A stretch of 64,000 bases of DNA from an uncultured Bacteroidales bacterium (GTDB lineage Bacteria > Bacteroidota > Bacteroidia > Bacteroidales > UBA7960): NCBI GenBank assembly GCA_964477035.1, contig CAYZCW010000003.1:95900-159899 (forward strand), written 5' to 3'. Positions 8,069-17,482 of this stretch are shown here, in pieces (position 1 is the first letter of the stretch; every line of letters starts with the position of its first letter). The translations under genes and the position numbers were made by a program. Under the pieces are notes generated by a model that saw only the letters and a program-made list of their open reading frames with translations, was not told the origin of the DNA and did not search any database.

Positions 8069-11000
8069 CTATTGGATCAGGATCCGGCTGGTCACCGGCT
8101 CGCCATCGACCACGATGCGGAGCAGGTACATGCCGGGCAGCAGGGAGGCGGTGCCGATGCGCTTTTGCGGGAGTTCATGTCCAGCAAAAGAATCCTTGAA
8201 CAAGACCCTTCCGTTGAGATCGACCAGTTCCAGCCTGATACTGGCCCCGGCGGGAACGCTGCCATCCAGAATGATGTGCTCGCGGGCAGGATTGGGGAAG
8301 ACGGTGATGGATTTCCCGCCATCCGGCACCACCTCGGTCACGTTGACCACCAGGGCCGGAGAGACCCGGTTGCAGGTGCGGTTGGAGATCATCACCTGGT
8401 ACTGTCCCGGCACCTCCCCCGTATTGGTGTATGACCTGGAGGTTGCGCCGGGGATGGGCTCCCCGTTCAGAAACCACTGGTACAAGGCTGCCGAGAAGGT
8501 GGAAGTGTACACATTCCCCTGCACATGGATGTTGGGCGACACCATGGGATTGTCCTGGATGTAAATGGTCTTGAATCCCAGGTGGGTGGAGACCCCATCC
8601 CCCACCTGCAGGCTCACATCGACATTGCCAATCTCCGTATAGGTGTAGAACGGGTTCTGCTGGGTGGATCCCGGCAGCTCCGGGTCGTTCCTGTCAAAAA
8701 TCCATTGCCATTCCGTGACATCCCCGGTGCTCTGGTCGTGGAAGAAGACCACGGCGTTTACGCAGGTGTACTGGGCCGAAAAATCGGCGAACAGGATGTC
8801 TTCACAATCTTGCTGGTACCACCCATCCGACGCCCCTTCAAGAAGGCTGTTGGACCCGGTGGAGAATATGGCCGTGCCCGTAACGGACACGTCCCGGATG
8901 TCCAGGTAGTCACTGCACGCCTTCCAGGAATTGGTGCTGTTGAGCCAGGCCGGCCCTTCCCCAAGGGCATGGATCCGGATGAATGCCTCCTCCGTCCCGA
9001 CGGCATCGAATGACAGGGCGATCTCCTGGGTGGTGCCTCCTTCGATGTGCATTTCGGATCCGGGGAGCAGTTCCAGGTGGTTGAACCACTGGTAATCAAA
9101 CACCTGCACGGCGGCATGGTTGGCAAAGTGGCCGAAGGTGTTGTTGTCCCTGAGGACAAGCTCGCCTGCCCGGTTCTCAACCCGGTGGTAAATATGTCCC
9201 CCGCCGTCAAACAGGGCGGGTCCCTCTTCCGGCAGGGCCTCAAAGACAAACAGGGCCTCCTCCGCCTGAAGGGTCATGGCCACATCGTCAAGATCCACCT
9301 GCGCCAACCCCCTGATTTCGGAACCGGTCAGGTCCAACAATTTATTCCCGCCCTCCAGGGCGGTAATCCTTTTCGTCCGGACCTCCAGCCCGCTCAGGTC
9401 GACCCGGCCGGCAGCCAGCTCGATGGCCTCCGCCTGCACATCCGACAAGGCCTTCCAGGAGCCCTCCTCATTGTCGAACCGCAGGGTGATGTTCCCGCCG
9501 AATGCTTCCGTCAGCAGCACCACATTGTTTTTCCGGCTGCCCGTGAACACGATGGTCCCTCCATCCCCGGCCGCCAGGGTGGAGTCTGCCAGAAAAAGGG
9601 AAGTGGCCACCCCGAGCGAATGCCCGTTGAAGCCAAGGACGGCCTCATGATCGGGGGTTTCCCAGGTAAAGGAGTAGCAACCGGCGTCCTCTGTCAGTTC
9701 CACCAGGTAGTTTTCCTCCCCCCCGTCGAAGGAGTGCCTGTTGAACACCACATGGTCCTCCGGTCCGGGAGTTCCTTCCACCGGCTCGCCCCCGCTGCTG
9801 AGCGACCAGTTCCCGGCATCCGACCATAAGCCGCTGTTCCCGACCCAGTAATAAGTATCCCTGCCGGGAATATCGCGGGTCTGCAGGCAGAGGGAGTATT
9901 CCTGCCGCCCGTTCTCCAGGCTGCCCTTGTGGGTGATGCGCAGGGTGTAGGTGCCCGGCAAGGGTTCGGCCACCAGGATCTTCTCCACATTGTCGCGGAA
10001 GTTGTCGGTCTGCACGGGCGGTGCCGCCGGTTGTTCGGGGTCCAGCTGCCAGGGCAGGTGTTCCTGGCCTTCGGGGTCGATGAGGCGCATGTCCAGATCG
10101 TTGACCAGCATGAGGTCCCTCGGGTTCATCGCGGGCTCCGGCGGGGTGCCGGCCGGGTCGGTCCAGGCGATGGTGGCCAGCACCGGGCCGCTGCCATCGG
10201 CCTGGAAGGTCATCTCGAAGGTTTCTCCGTCGAACAGGGTCTTCTCGCTGATGATCACGTCTGTCTGGTCGCGGTGCAGGATCATCCGGGCGGCCCGCTC
10301 CACGTTCAGCAAGCCCCATCCGTGGCGGTAATCGGGTCCCTCGGTGGGCCCGGCCTGGTGTACCGTGTGGATCGCCAGGCTTTTCAGGGTGGCCGCCTTC
10401 ATCAACCGGCCGTCGTTCTGGGAGGCATACAGCTGCTGCAAGAGCAGCAGGGAGCCGGTCACGTTGGGAGAAGACATGCTCGTCCCGTTCTTGCTTGAAT
10501 AGGAGTTGTCCAGGGAGGTGGAATAGATGCCGGCACCGGCCCCGACCAGGTCCGGCTTCACCCGGCCGTCATCCACTGGCCCCCAGCTGGAGAAGCCGGT
10601 CACGCGGACGTCCCCGGGACCGGTATACCCTCCGGAAATCTTGGCCACGGCCCCGATGGCCAGCACGTTCTTGGCGACCCCTTCCGGCCCCACGGTATCA
10701 TAGGGGCCGTCCGGCGGGCGGGTGCCATCGCCCTCATCCGAGCGGTCGTTGCCCGCTGCCCACACGATGGTATAATAAGGGGCGCCGAAGGCAATATCAT
10801 CCAGCCTGCGGCTGGTGTTGGTGTAGAAACCGAAGCGGTAGTCACGGGTGCTGTCCACATGGGCGTTCCACCGCCAGCTGCCGTTGTTGCGGCTCCACCC
10901 GAGAACGATCCCGTAGGAGTGGTTGCTGATGATCATGCCGTTGGCGGCGGCCCCGGCCATTTCCCCCAGGTCGCTGTTCCAGTCGTAGCCCAGCACCTCC

Positions 11001-11524
11001 CCTTCAAAGGCCATGCCCCTGGCGGAGGGGTCGATGCCGGCCGCCACGATGGTGCCCGTCACATGGGTGGCATGGTCGCTGTTGGTATTGGACCCATCCA
11101 TCATCCGGACACGGCCCTGGAACTCATCATGGGAGGTCTCAATGCGTCCCGAGTCCCACACCCCGGCCGCATAGCCTTTGCCCGTCAGAAAAAGCCTGAG
11201 GGACCCGCCCGGATGCATGCTGGCGGCCCCGGTGGTGACGGCCGCCCCGGCATTGCGCGTGCGGTAATATACCGGGAGTCCGTCCTCCGAAAAATACTGC
11301 AGCTCCATCACCGTACCGTCGTGAAACGCCTCCAGGGTGGGGATGCCCAGTCTGAGGGCCCGGTCGAAGGCGGCCTCCTGACGGGCTTTGGATTCGACCG
11401 ACCAGGCGGCGGCGCGCTCCATCAGGAATGTGGTGTCGGCAACAGGGGAAAAGGATCGCTGGGCATGAGCCGCAGGGGTGAACACGGGCCAGAAGGCGGC
11501 AAGAAACAGCAACAGAAACCTCAT
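8069..11524 (-). CDS. S8 subtilase with proprotein-convertase-like P-domain, PKD domain and T9SS C-terminal sorting domain (paralog A)
   Basis: Asp/His/Ser triad motifs AGVWDSG, DHATHVTGT, GTSMSSPNVTG. P-domain-like block ATIAWTDPAGT..LVNDLDMRL..DNVEKI..GTYTLRI and a PKD-like block (FHDQSTGDVTEWQWIF..). T9SS tail ITVFPNPAREHIIL..GMYLLRIVVDGEPVTSRILIQ. Start moved to the ATG at 11524 (MRFLLLFLAAFWPVFTPAAHAQ signal peptide); the track ORF starts at 11569. Confidence 0.85.
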   Translation of the reverse strand: MRFLLLFLAAFWPVFTPAAHAQRSFSPVADTTFLMERAAAWSVESKARQEAAFDRALRLGIPTLEAFHDGTVMELQYFSEDGLPVYYRTRNAGAAVTTGAASMHPGGSLRLFLTGKGYAAGVWDSGRIETSHDEFQGRVRMMDGSNTNSDHATHVTGTIVAAGIDPSARGMAFEGEVLGYDWNSDLGEMAGAAANGMIISNHSYGIVLGWSRNNGSWRWNAHVDSTRDYRFGFYTNTSRRLDDIAFGAPYYTIVWAAGNDRSDEGDGTRPPDGPYDTVGPEGVAKNVLAIGAVAKISGGYTGPGDVRVTGFSSWGPVDDGRVKPDLVGAGAGIYSTSLDNSYSSKNGTSMSSPNVTGSLLLLQQLYASQNDGRLMKAATLKSLAIHTVHQAGPTEGPDYRHGWGLLNVERAARMILHRDQTDVIISEKTLFDGETFEMTFQADGSGPVLATIAWTDPAGTPPEPAMNPRDLMLVNDLDMRLIDPEGQEHLPWQLDPEQPAAPPVQTDNFRDNVEKILVAEPLPGTYTLRITHKGSLENGRQEYSLCLQTRDIPGRDTYYWVGNSGLWSDAGNWSLSSGGEPVEGTPGPEDHVVFNRHSFDGGEENYLVELTEDAGCYSFTWETPDHEAVLGFNGHSLGVATSLFLADSTLAAGDGGTIVFTGSRKNNVVLLTEAFGGNITLRFDNEEGSWKALSDVQAEAIELAAGRVDLSGLEVRTKRITALEGGNKLLDLTGSEIRGLAQVDLDDVAMTLQAEEALFVFEALPEEGPALFDGGGHIYHRVENRAGELVLRDNNTFGHFANHAAVQVFDYQWFNHLELLPGSEMHIEGGTTQEIALSFDAVGTEEAFIRIHALGEGPAWLNSTNSWKACSDYLDIRDVSVTGTAIFSTGSNSLLEGASDGWYQQDCEDILFADFSAQYTCVNAVVFFHDQSTGDVTEWQWIFDRNDPELPGSTQQNPFYTYTEIGNVDVSLQVGDGVSTHLGFKTIYIQDNPMVSPNIHVQGNVYTSTFSAALYQWFLNGEPIPGATSRSYTNTGEVPGQYQVMISNRTCNRVSPALVVNVTEVVPDGGKSITVFPNPAREHIILDGSVPAGASIRLELVDLNGRVLFKDSFAGHELPQKRIGTASLLPGMYLLRIVVDGEPVTSRILIQ

Positions 11525-11557
11525 GGAATAAATAGTTGAAATGTCAGAATGCTCCGG

Positions 11558-11565
11558 CAAAAATA
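11558..11565 (-). promoter_or_regulatory. candidate Bacteroidota -7 promoter box (TATTTTTG)
   Basis: Exact match to TAnnTTTG on the minus strand, about 34 nt upstream of the subtilase A start. Confidence 0.35.
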
Positions 11566-11613
11566 CCAAAAAAACCGGGGAAAGGTCCCAAAAAAAGACA
11601 GGGCGGGCCCGGC

Positions 11614-11652
11614 AAAAAAAAAAGAGAACCGTACCCCGGGGGTACGGCCCTC
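11614..11652 (-). terminator. rho-independent terminator after the PUL lipoprotein gene
   Basis: Minus-sense AGAGGGCCGTACCCCCGGGGTACGGTTCTC hairpin followed by a run of 10 T, 70 nt downstream of the stop at 11722. Confidence 0.7.
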
Positions 11653-11721
11653 TTTAAAAATAAATCGGTTCACAAACCGGGACCGCCGGCCTGATGGCCA
11701 GGACGGGTCCGGCGCTGCCGC

Positions 11722-12699
11722 TTAGAAGCTGCGCAACACGCGCTGGTTGCGCGGGGCTCCGATGGAAGCAGGATCGATCATGTCCTTGGCGACCTTGGTC
11801 CATACCACGTCGTCTGACCAAATCTCGAACGACAGGCCGGCATTGCCTCCCTCGGTGATGAGCAGGCCCATATAGTCCTGGAAATCCAGGTTGCCGTCCT
11901 CATCGATCAGGGCAACGATGTATTCACCGTCCTCCATGGAGTCACCGGTTGCGCCATCATAACCACTGATCTTGCAGGGACCGTAACCGAAGCTGGCATA
12001 GTCCTGTCCGACCCTGATTTTAAAGGTCATCTCATCCAGGTCCACCTCGGCAAACACCATGGCGGCAGCCGGGGCACCCCAGCCTGCGGCAAAGTGGGAG
12101 AGCGGGAAGGCGACCTGATCCAGAATGCCTTCCACGGCGCGGGTTTCGATGGTGGCGCTGACGGCGTCACCCCAGGCGTCCGTACCGGAAGCGCTGTAAG
12201 TGCCGAGCACCAGGTTGAGCGGGTGCTCGTTGTCCACTACCGTCAGGCGGAAATTGCTCTCCGCGCCGATGCCATAGCCAGCGTCGTTGCCTGTGAGCTT
12301 GATGTTCACCTGGCGGTTGGCGGTGAAGATGTCGTCATCGATGGAGCGGATGCGGATGCTCTGGTAGCCCATCCCGTTGGGGAAGCTCAGGGTCTTGCTG
12401 GTATTCAGCAGCTCGAAGGCCTCGCCTTCCACGGCCGGGTTGTCGATTCCTTCATGGTTGAACTCGAAGGTAACGTTCACCGGGCTGTTGTCCAGGGTCA
12501 CCAGCATCACGCGGATCTCGATCTCCTGTTCCACCGGCACCCCGTCTACCATGACTGCCTCGTTGAGCGAGCCCGAAGACCGCTCAAAGGCAATGAATGA
12601 ATCCTCGTTCTGGAAGAGCTCTGGCTCATTCTTCTCGCAGGAGGCGAAAAGAAACAGACCGAAGACCATGATTGTGAATATGCTTTTTATGTTTTTCAT
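11722..12699 (-). CDS. PUL-associated surface lipoprotein with Calx-beta-like domain
   Basis: 325 aa with a lipobox (LFLFASC). The block VNVTFEF..AVEGEAFELL..TLSFPNG..QSIRIRSIDDDIF..NRQVNIKL resembles a Calx-beta fold signature. It lies 15 nt downstream of the SusD gene on the same strand. Confidence 0.6.
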   Translation of the reverse strand: MKNIKSIFTIMVFGLFLFASCEKNEPELFQNEDSFIAFERSSGSLNEAVMVDGVPVEQEIEIRVMLVTLDNSPVNVTFEFNHEGIDNPAVEGEAFELLNTSKTLSFPNGMGYQSIRIRSIDDDIFTANRQVNIKLTGNDAGYGIGAESNFRLTVVDNEHPLNLVLGTYSASGTDAWGDAVSATIETRAVEGILDQVAFPLSHFAAGWGAPAAAMVFAEVDLDEMTFKIRVGQDYASFGYGPCKISGYDGATGDSMEDGEYIVALIDEDGNLDFQDYMGLLITEGGNAGLSFEIWSDDVVWTKVAKDMIDPASIGAPRNQRVLRSF

Positions 12700-12714
12700 G
12701 TGTCCAATGTTTTT

Positions 12715-14139
12715 TTAGTAACCTTCATTTTGCTGCATGTTCGGGTTGGCTTCCATTTCCGCAATGGGAATCGGCATGGCCCACAGGTGGCTGGGGAAGT
12801 CGATGTTGACATTCCCTACGATGCGGTTGTCCTCGTCCTCACGGATGAGGGAACGCTGGGTGCGGGCGTAGTCGAACAGGATGTGACCCTCGAAGCAAAG
12901 TTCCCTTCGGCGCTCATCGAACACGATGTCCATGTTCACGGAGGTGGCGGCATCCAGGCCCCGGCGGGTGCGGATGGCATTGTAGTCGTCCAGGGCATTG
13001 CCCGGGGCACCGTTCAGCCGGGCTTCGGCGCGAAGCAGGTACATTTCGGAGAGCCTCAGCACGGGAATGTTGTTCTGACGCTCGTTGCCTTCCTTGCCGG
13101 GGTATTTGCCGGGCCAGAAGTAGCCGGGATTCTGCGGGCCTTCCACGAACAGATCCTTCCTGACATCGCCTGCCTCGAACAGGTTCAACAGGTCGTTGGA
13201 GGCGCATACGTCCCCATAGGAGCCGGACGGGTTGTAGATGTAGCCGATTTCCTCCCAGGAGGGCCAGTTGCTGTTGCCGGTGCTGCCTGAGATCTCGAAA
13301 ATGATTTCGCTCTGGGCGTTCTGGCCCCAGACCGACCCGTAATTGCCGGCGGTATACAGGGTGTAACGACCGGAATCGATGATCTCGGTGGCATAGGTCG
13401 CGGCCTGGTTCCACTCACCCATGTAAAGGTGCACACGGGCCAGCAGGGCGGTGGCGGCATCCCTGGAGGCAAAGCCCTTCAGGTTGCCGGATCCCCCACG
13501 GTACTCGGCATTGTAGTCAGAGGAGAACTTTCCGCGGGCCTCGGTCAGGTCGGCCAGGATCTGCTGGTACACCTCCCGGGTCGTGTTCCTCTCGGGAGAG
13601 GCGATGCGGGTTTCCAGAACCACGGGGACACCCACGCCGTCGGGACGGTAGGTGAAGGGCTGCGCGAAGGTCCGCACCAGGTCGAAATGGGCCAGGGCAC
13701 GGATGAAAAGGGCCTCGGCCACGATGTGATCCAGATGGGCCTGGTTTTCACCGGGACGAAGCTCAATTTCCTCAGCCGCATTGATGATGTTGCAGGCGCT
13801 GGTGATGGCGCGGTAGGCGCGGAACCAGAGGCCGCCCTGGGTGTTGGACGGGTCCTGGTACCAGTTGTAGTTGGTCTGGTAGCGTCCGGAAGACATCGGG
13901 CTGGCTTTGCCGTTGTTTCCTTTCAAATCGGAAATAATGGGAAAACCGGCACTGTACCAGGCGCTGTGGTAGAATTCGGCATAGATGCCGTTGATGGCAA
14001 GGGACATCCCTTCGATATCCGCAAGGATCAGCTCCCTTGAGTTTTCAAGCAATGGCTCGCGCGTCAGGTAATCATCACCGCAGGATGAAAAGCCCACAAC
14101 AAGCGACACCACGACCAATAAATATTTTATTTTTTTCAT
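12715..14139 (-). CDS. susD: RagB/SusD-family nutrient-binding lipoprotein (pair 1)
   Basis: 474 aa with a lipobox (VGFSSC). Typical SusD features (LLRAEARLNG, WAMPIPIAEMEANPNMQQNEGY) and it sits 12 nt after its SusC partner. Confidence 0.85.
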   Translation of the reverse strand: MKKIKYLLVVVSLVVGFSSCGDDYLTREPLLENSRELILADIEGMSLAINGIYAEFYHSAWYSAGFPIISDLKGNNGKASPMSSGRYQTNYNWYQDPSNTQGGLWFRAYRAITSACNIINAAEEIELRPGENQAHLDHIVAEALFIRALAHFDLVRTFAQPFTYRPDGVGVPVVLETRIASPERNTTREVYQQILADLTEARGKFSSDYNAEYRGGSGNLKGFASRDAATALLARVHLYMGEWNQAATYATEIIDSGRYTLYTAGNYGSVWGQNAQSEIIFEISGSTGNSNWPSWEEIGYIYNPSGSYGDVCASNDLLNLFEAGDVRKDLFVEGPQNPGYFWPGKYPGKEGNERQNNIPVLRLSEMYLLRAEARLNGAPGNALDDYNAIRTRRGLDAATSVNMDIVFDERRRELCFEGHILFDYARTQRSLIREDEDNRIVGNVNIDFPSHLWAMPIPIAEMEANPNMQQNEGY

Positions 14140-14151
14140 GTCTGTTTCTTT

Positions 14152-17142
14152 TTAGATGCCTAATTCAACTCCGACGGAGAATGTCTTGGACTGGGGGAAC
14201 ACGATGTAGTTGCCACCGGTTACGTCCCTCTCGGGATCCCAGTAGCTGACATCGTGCCAGGTGTAAAGGTTGACTGCGTTCAGGTAGATCCTGGCGTTGT
14301 CAAGGCCCACACGCTGGGTCAGGGCCCTGGGCAGCTGGTAGCTGAGCGTCAGGTCCTTCAGCCTCAGGTAGTCCCCTTTCTCGAGGAAACGTCCGGTCCC
14401 CCATTCGTTGGCACCTGAAGAGTTGTTGACCAGGGGCTTGGGGTTGGGGGCGATGTCGCCGACCTCTTTCCAGTAGTCCAGCAGGGAGGCATTCTGGTTG
14501 CTGCCCCAGTTGAAACCGTCGCTGCGGGTATAGCGGCTCTCCATGACGTATACATAGTGGCCGATCTTGAATTCAAAGAAGGTGGACAGGGTAAAACCGT
14601 TCCAGGAGATGTCCGTGCCGAGGCCGCCGAAGAAGTCGGGCTCGATCTTGCCGCGGAACACCCTGTCGGCGTTGGCGAAGCTCTGTGTGACGGCTCCATT
14701 GGCATCCCTGTAGATGGCCATCCCGTTCAGGGGGTTCACCCCGATGTAGTCATACACATAGTAGTCGGAAAAACCACCGCCCAGGCGGAACCTCCTCCAG
14801 AAACCGTCCCCGATTTCCTCTTCCCCGCCGAGGTCGGTCAGCTCGACCTGGTTGCGGGCGATGTTCCCGCGCACGGTCCACATGACCGGTCCCTGGGTCA
14901 GGATGTCATAGGAGGCGTTGGCCTCAATCCCCTGGTTGACCAGTTCCCCGATATTGATACGGAAGGAGGTGGCACCGGAAGTATGGGAGATCGGCATGTC
15001 GAGCAACATGTCGGAGGTGGTCCTGTGGTAGTACTCGATGCTACCCTGCAGTCTCCTGAACAGGGCGAAATCGAGGCCCACGTTGTAGGTGCTGTTCAGC
15101 TCCCACGACAGGCCGCGGTTCTCGATGCGGGTGGGGTTCATCCCCAGCACGGCGTTGTAGCTGGCCGAGCCGTAGGTCCCGTACTGGTCGTAGTTGCCGA
15201 TCCCGTCGTTGCCGTTGATCCCGTAGCTGGCACGCAGCTTCAGCATGTCGAAGGCCGGGATCTGGCGGATGAAGTTCTCGCGGTGGAGGTTCCAGCTACC
15301 GCCGACCGACCAGAAGGTGGCCCAGCGGTTGTCCACGCCGAATTTGGAGTTGCCGTCCTGGCGCACACTGGCGGTCAGGAAGTACTTGTTGTCGAAGTTG
15401 TAGTCGAAGATGCCGAAGAACGACATGAGGGAGTACTCGCTGAAACCGTAGTTCACCCTGGAAAGTTCCTGGGTCGTGTTGGACAGGTAGGGGATCCTCC
15501 AGCCCGTTTCGTAGCCGATCCCGTAATGGGTGGTCAGCTGGTGCAGGAAGGCTTCCTGTCCGACGAGCGCCCTGAAGTTGTGCAACTCACCAAAGGTCTT
15601 CATGTAGTTGATGGTGTTGGTGGTGGTGTAGCGGTTCAGGCGGCGGTTGGAAGCCTGGACGGTACCCAGTTCGTTGGGGTCGGCCAGGGGGCTCCACCAG
15701 CGGCGGCCCTCGGAGCTCAGCAGTTCCATGGAGTTCTGGGTGCGGATGGTCAGCCCCTCCAGCGGGGTGATCTCCCCATATACGGAGCCCAGCATTTTAT
15801 AGGCCTTGTCCCAGTCCTGGTCATGTTCGGCAGAAGCGAGGAAGTTGGTGTTGGAGTTGGAAGGAATCTGGAAATCATAGCTGCCGTCCTCCTTGTAAGG
15901 CAGGTGCCAGGGGAGGATGTTGATGGAGGCCCAGAAGGGGTTCACATAGTACATGGAGTTGTTCGGACGGTCCTCCATATAGGTATAGGTGGCGTTGATG
16001 TTGGTCCCGATGTTGATCAGGTTGCCGATCCGCTGGTCGAAGTTCGAGCGGAAGGAATAACGCTCCAGCCCGGTGGCGATCATGATCCCTTCCTGCTTCA
16101 TGTAGCCGCCGGAGGCATAATAGCTGGTGGCTTCGTTGGCCCCGCTCACGGAAAGTTCATAATCGCGGGTGTTGGCATCGCGGAAGGCGGCGCCCATCCA
16201 GTCGAAGGTCTGCACGTTGGCCGGCAGGGTCGGGTTGGCGTAGAAGCCGGGGCCGAACTTGGATTCCGGATAAGTGGCCGGATCCATGCCGGAGTTGATG
16301 ATGGCCTGGCGGTTGTAGCCGTAGATCTCTTCCGCGGTCATGAAGCGGAAGTCGTTGTCATTGGCTACCTGGGACATGCCTGAACGGTGACGGAAGTTCA
16401 GACGGGCATCCCCGCGGGAACCGCGCTTGGTGGTGATCAGGATCACCCCGTTGGCGGCACGCGAGCCGTAAACCGAGGCGGCGGCGGCGTCCTTCAGCAC
16501 GGTGATGGACTCGATGTCGCCGGGGTTGAGGCTGGCCATGATGTTCCCGGTCGAGGTAAAGTAGGAATAGTTACCGGAAGCCACCGGCACACCGTCCACC
16601 ACGTAGAGGGGTTCGTTGCTGGCGTTGATGGAGCTGAACCCGCGGATACGGACCTGGGAGGAAGCGCCCGGCTGGCCCGTGGTGCTCTGCATCTGCAGGC
16701 CGGCCACCTTGCCCTGGAGCAGCCTCTCGGGGCTGGATACCGGGGTGTTGCGCAGGTCTTCCTCGCGGAGGACCGACACGGCGCCGGTGGATGCCTCGCG
16801 CCGCTGGATCCCGTAGGCGACCACGACGAATTCGTCAAGGCCGACCATCTCCCGGGCCAGGGCCACGTTGATGACATTCCTGTTGTTTACCGGGATCTCC
16901 TGGGTGGTCATCCCCACGAAGGAGAAGACCAGTGTGGCGTTGGGGGCCACCGACAGTTCATACTGACCGGAAATGTCGGTCAGCGTTCCCTGGGTGGTTC
17001 CCTTGACCATCACCGTGACCCCGGGCAGGGTCGTGCCGTCACTTGCATCGGTGACGACACCTCTCACGCGAATATCCTGCCCCAATGCCTGCATGGCAAA
17101 CACCGAGAGCAAGAACAATCCTACGAAAAATTTTCGTTTCAT
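14152..17142 (-). CDS. susC: SusC/RagA-family TonB-dependent receptor (pair 1)
   Basis: 996 aa. N-domain VRGVVTDASDGTTLPGVTVMVKGTTQGTLTD, plug IESITVLKDAAAASVYGSRAANGVILITTKRG, C-terminal barrel ..FSVGVELGI. Confidence 0.9.
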   Translation of the reverse strand: MKRKFFVGLFLLSVFAMQALGQDIRVRGVVTDASDGTTLPGVTVMVKGTTQGTLTDISGQYELSVAPNATLVFSFVGMTTQEIPVNNRNVINVALAREMVGLDEFVVVAYGIQRREASTGAVSVLREEDLRNTPVSSPERLLQGKVAGLQMQSTTGQPGASSQVRIRGFSSINASNEPLYVVDGVPVASGNYSYFTSTGNIMASLNPGDIESITVLKDAAAASVYGSRAANGVILITTKRGSRGDARLNFRHRSGMSQVANDNDFRFMTAEEIYGYNRQAIINSGMDPATYPESKFGPGFYANPTLPANVQTFDWMGAAFRDANTRDYELSVSGANEATSYYASGGYMKQEGIMIATGLERYSFRSNFDQRIGNLINIGTNINATYTYMEDRPNNSMYYVNPFWASINILPWHLPYKEDGSYDFQIPSNSNTNFLASAEHDQDWDKAYKMLGSVYGEITPLEGLTIRTQNSMELLSSEGRRWWSPLADPNELGTVQASNRRLNRYTTTNTINYMKTFGELHNFRALVGQEAFLHQLTTHYGIGYETGWRIPYLSNTTQELSRVNYGFSEYSLMSFFGIFDYNFDNKYFLTASVRQDGNSKFGVDNRWATFWSVGGSWNLHRENFIRQIPAFDMLKLRASYGINGNDGIGNYDQYGTYGSASYNAVLGMNPTRIENRGLSWELNSTYNVGLDFALFRRLQGSIEYYHRTTSDMLLDMPISHTSGATSFRINIGELVNQGIEANASYDILTQGPVMWTVRGNIARNQVELTDLGGEEEIGDGFWRRFRLGGGFSDYYVYDYIGVNPLNGMAIYRDANGAVTQSFANADRVFRGKIEPDFFGGLGTDISWNGFTLSTFFEFKIGHYVYVMESRYTRSDGFNWGSNQNASLLDYWKEVGDIAPNPKPLVNNSSGANEWGTGRFLEKGDYLRLKDLTLSYQLPRALTQRVGLDNARIYLNAVNLYTWHDVSYWDPERDVTGGNYIVFPQSKTFSVGVELGI

Positions 17143-17214
17143 GTTGTTTGTTTTTGGTTAGATAATAGTGATTAGGTGGTCATTGAACGTTAAAAATTTG
17201 GAAAAATCCAACTC

Positions 17215-17222
17215 CAAATTTA
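17215..17222 (-). promoter_or_regulatory. candidate -7 promoter box (TAAATTTG) for susC pair 1
   Basis: Exact TAnnTTTG on the minus strand, 73 nt upstream of the start at 17142, in an AT-rich island. Confidence 0.4.
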
Positions 17223-17407
17223 ACAAATATTGCCAAAAGTAACGAATGATCCCGAAAAAACAAAATATGGCCGGACGCCGGACCCGGGGAGCCTCCCCCC
17301 GAAAACAGCATCATCGGCCCATATGAAGGAAATCGGGCACAACGAAACCGGGATCATCGCCCACTAGAATAATTGCAGGATTCCGTTCGGTATCCTTATG
17401 GCCTGCC

Positions 17408-17449
17408 AAAAAAAGGGATCTTCTGCGGCACATAACCACAGAAGATCCC
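17408..17449 (-). terminator. rho-independent terminator after SusD of pair 2
   Basis: Minus-sense GGGATCTTCTG-(13 nt)-CAGAAGATCCC perfect 11-bp stem followed by TTTTTTT, 34 nt downstream of the stop at 17483. Confidence 0.75.
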
Positions 17450-17482
17450 CTGTCAACAAAACGCCAACCAAATAATGGGGGG

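Noticed and set aside
14557-16383. 608-aa plus-strand ORF (plus 16387..17175, 17735..19024, 19148..19906, 20819..21511) across the tandem susC/susD genes
   Set aside because: All are antisense to genes with strong family signatures. They have no motifs, no plausible starts or promoters, and a biased Gly/Val/Asp/His composition.
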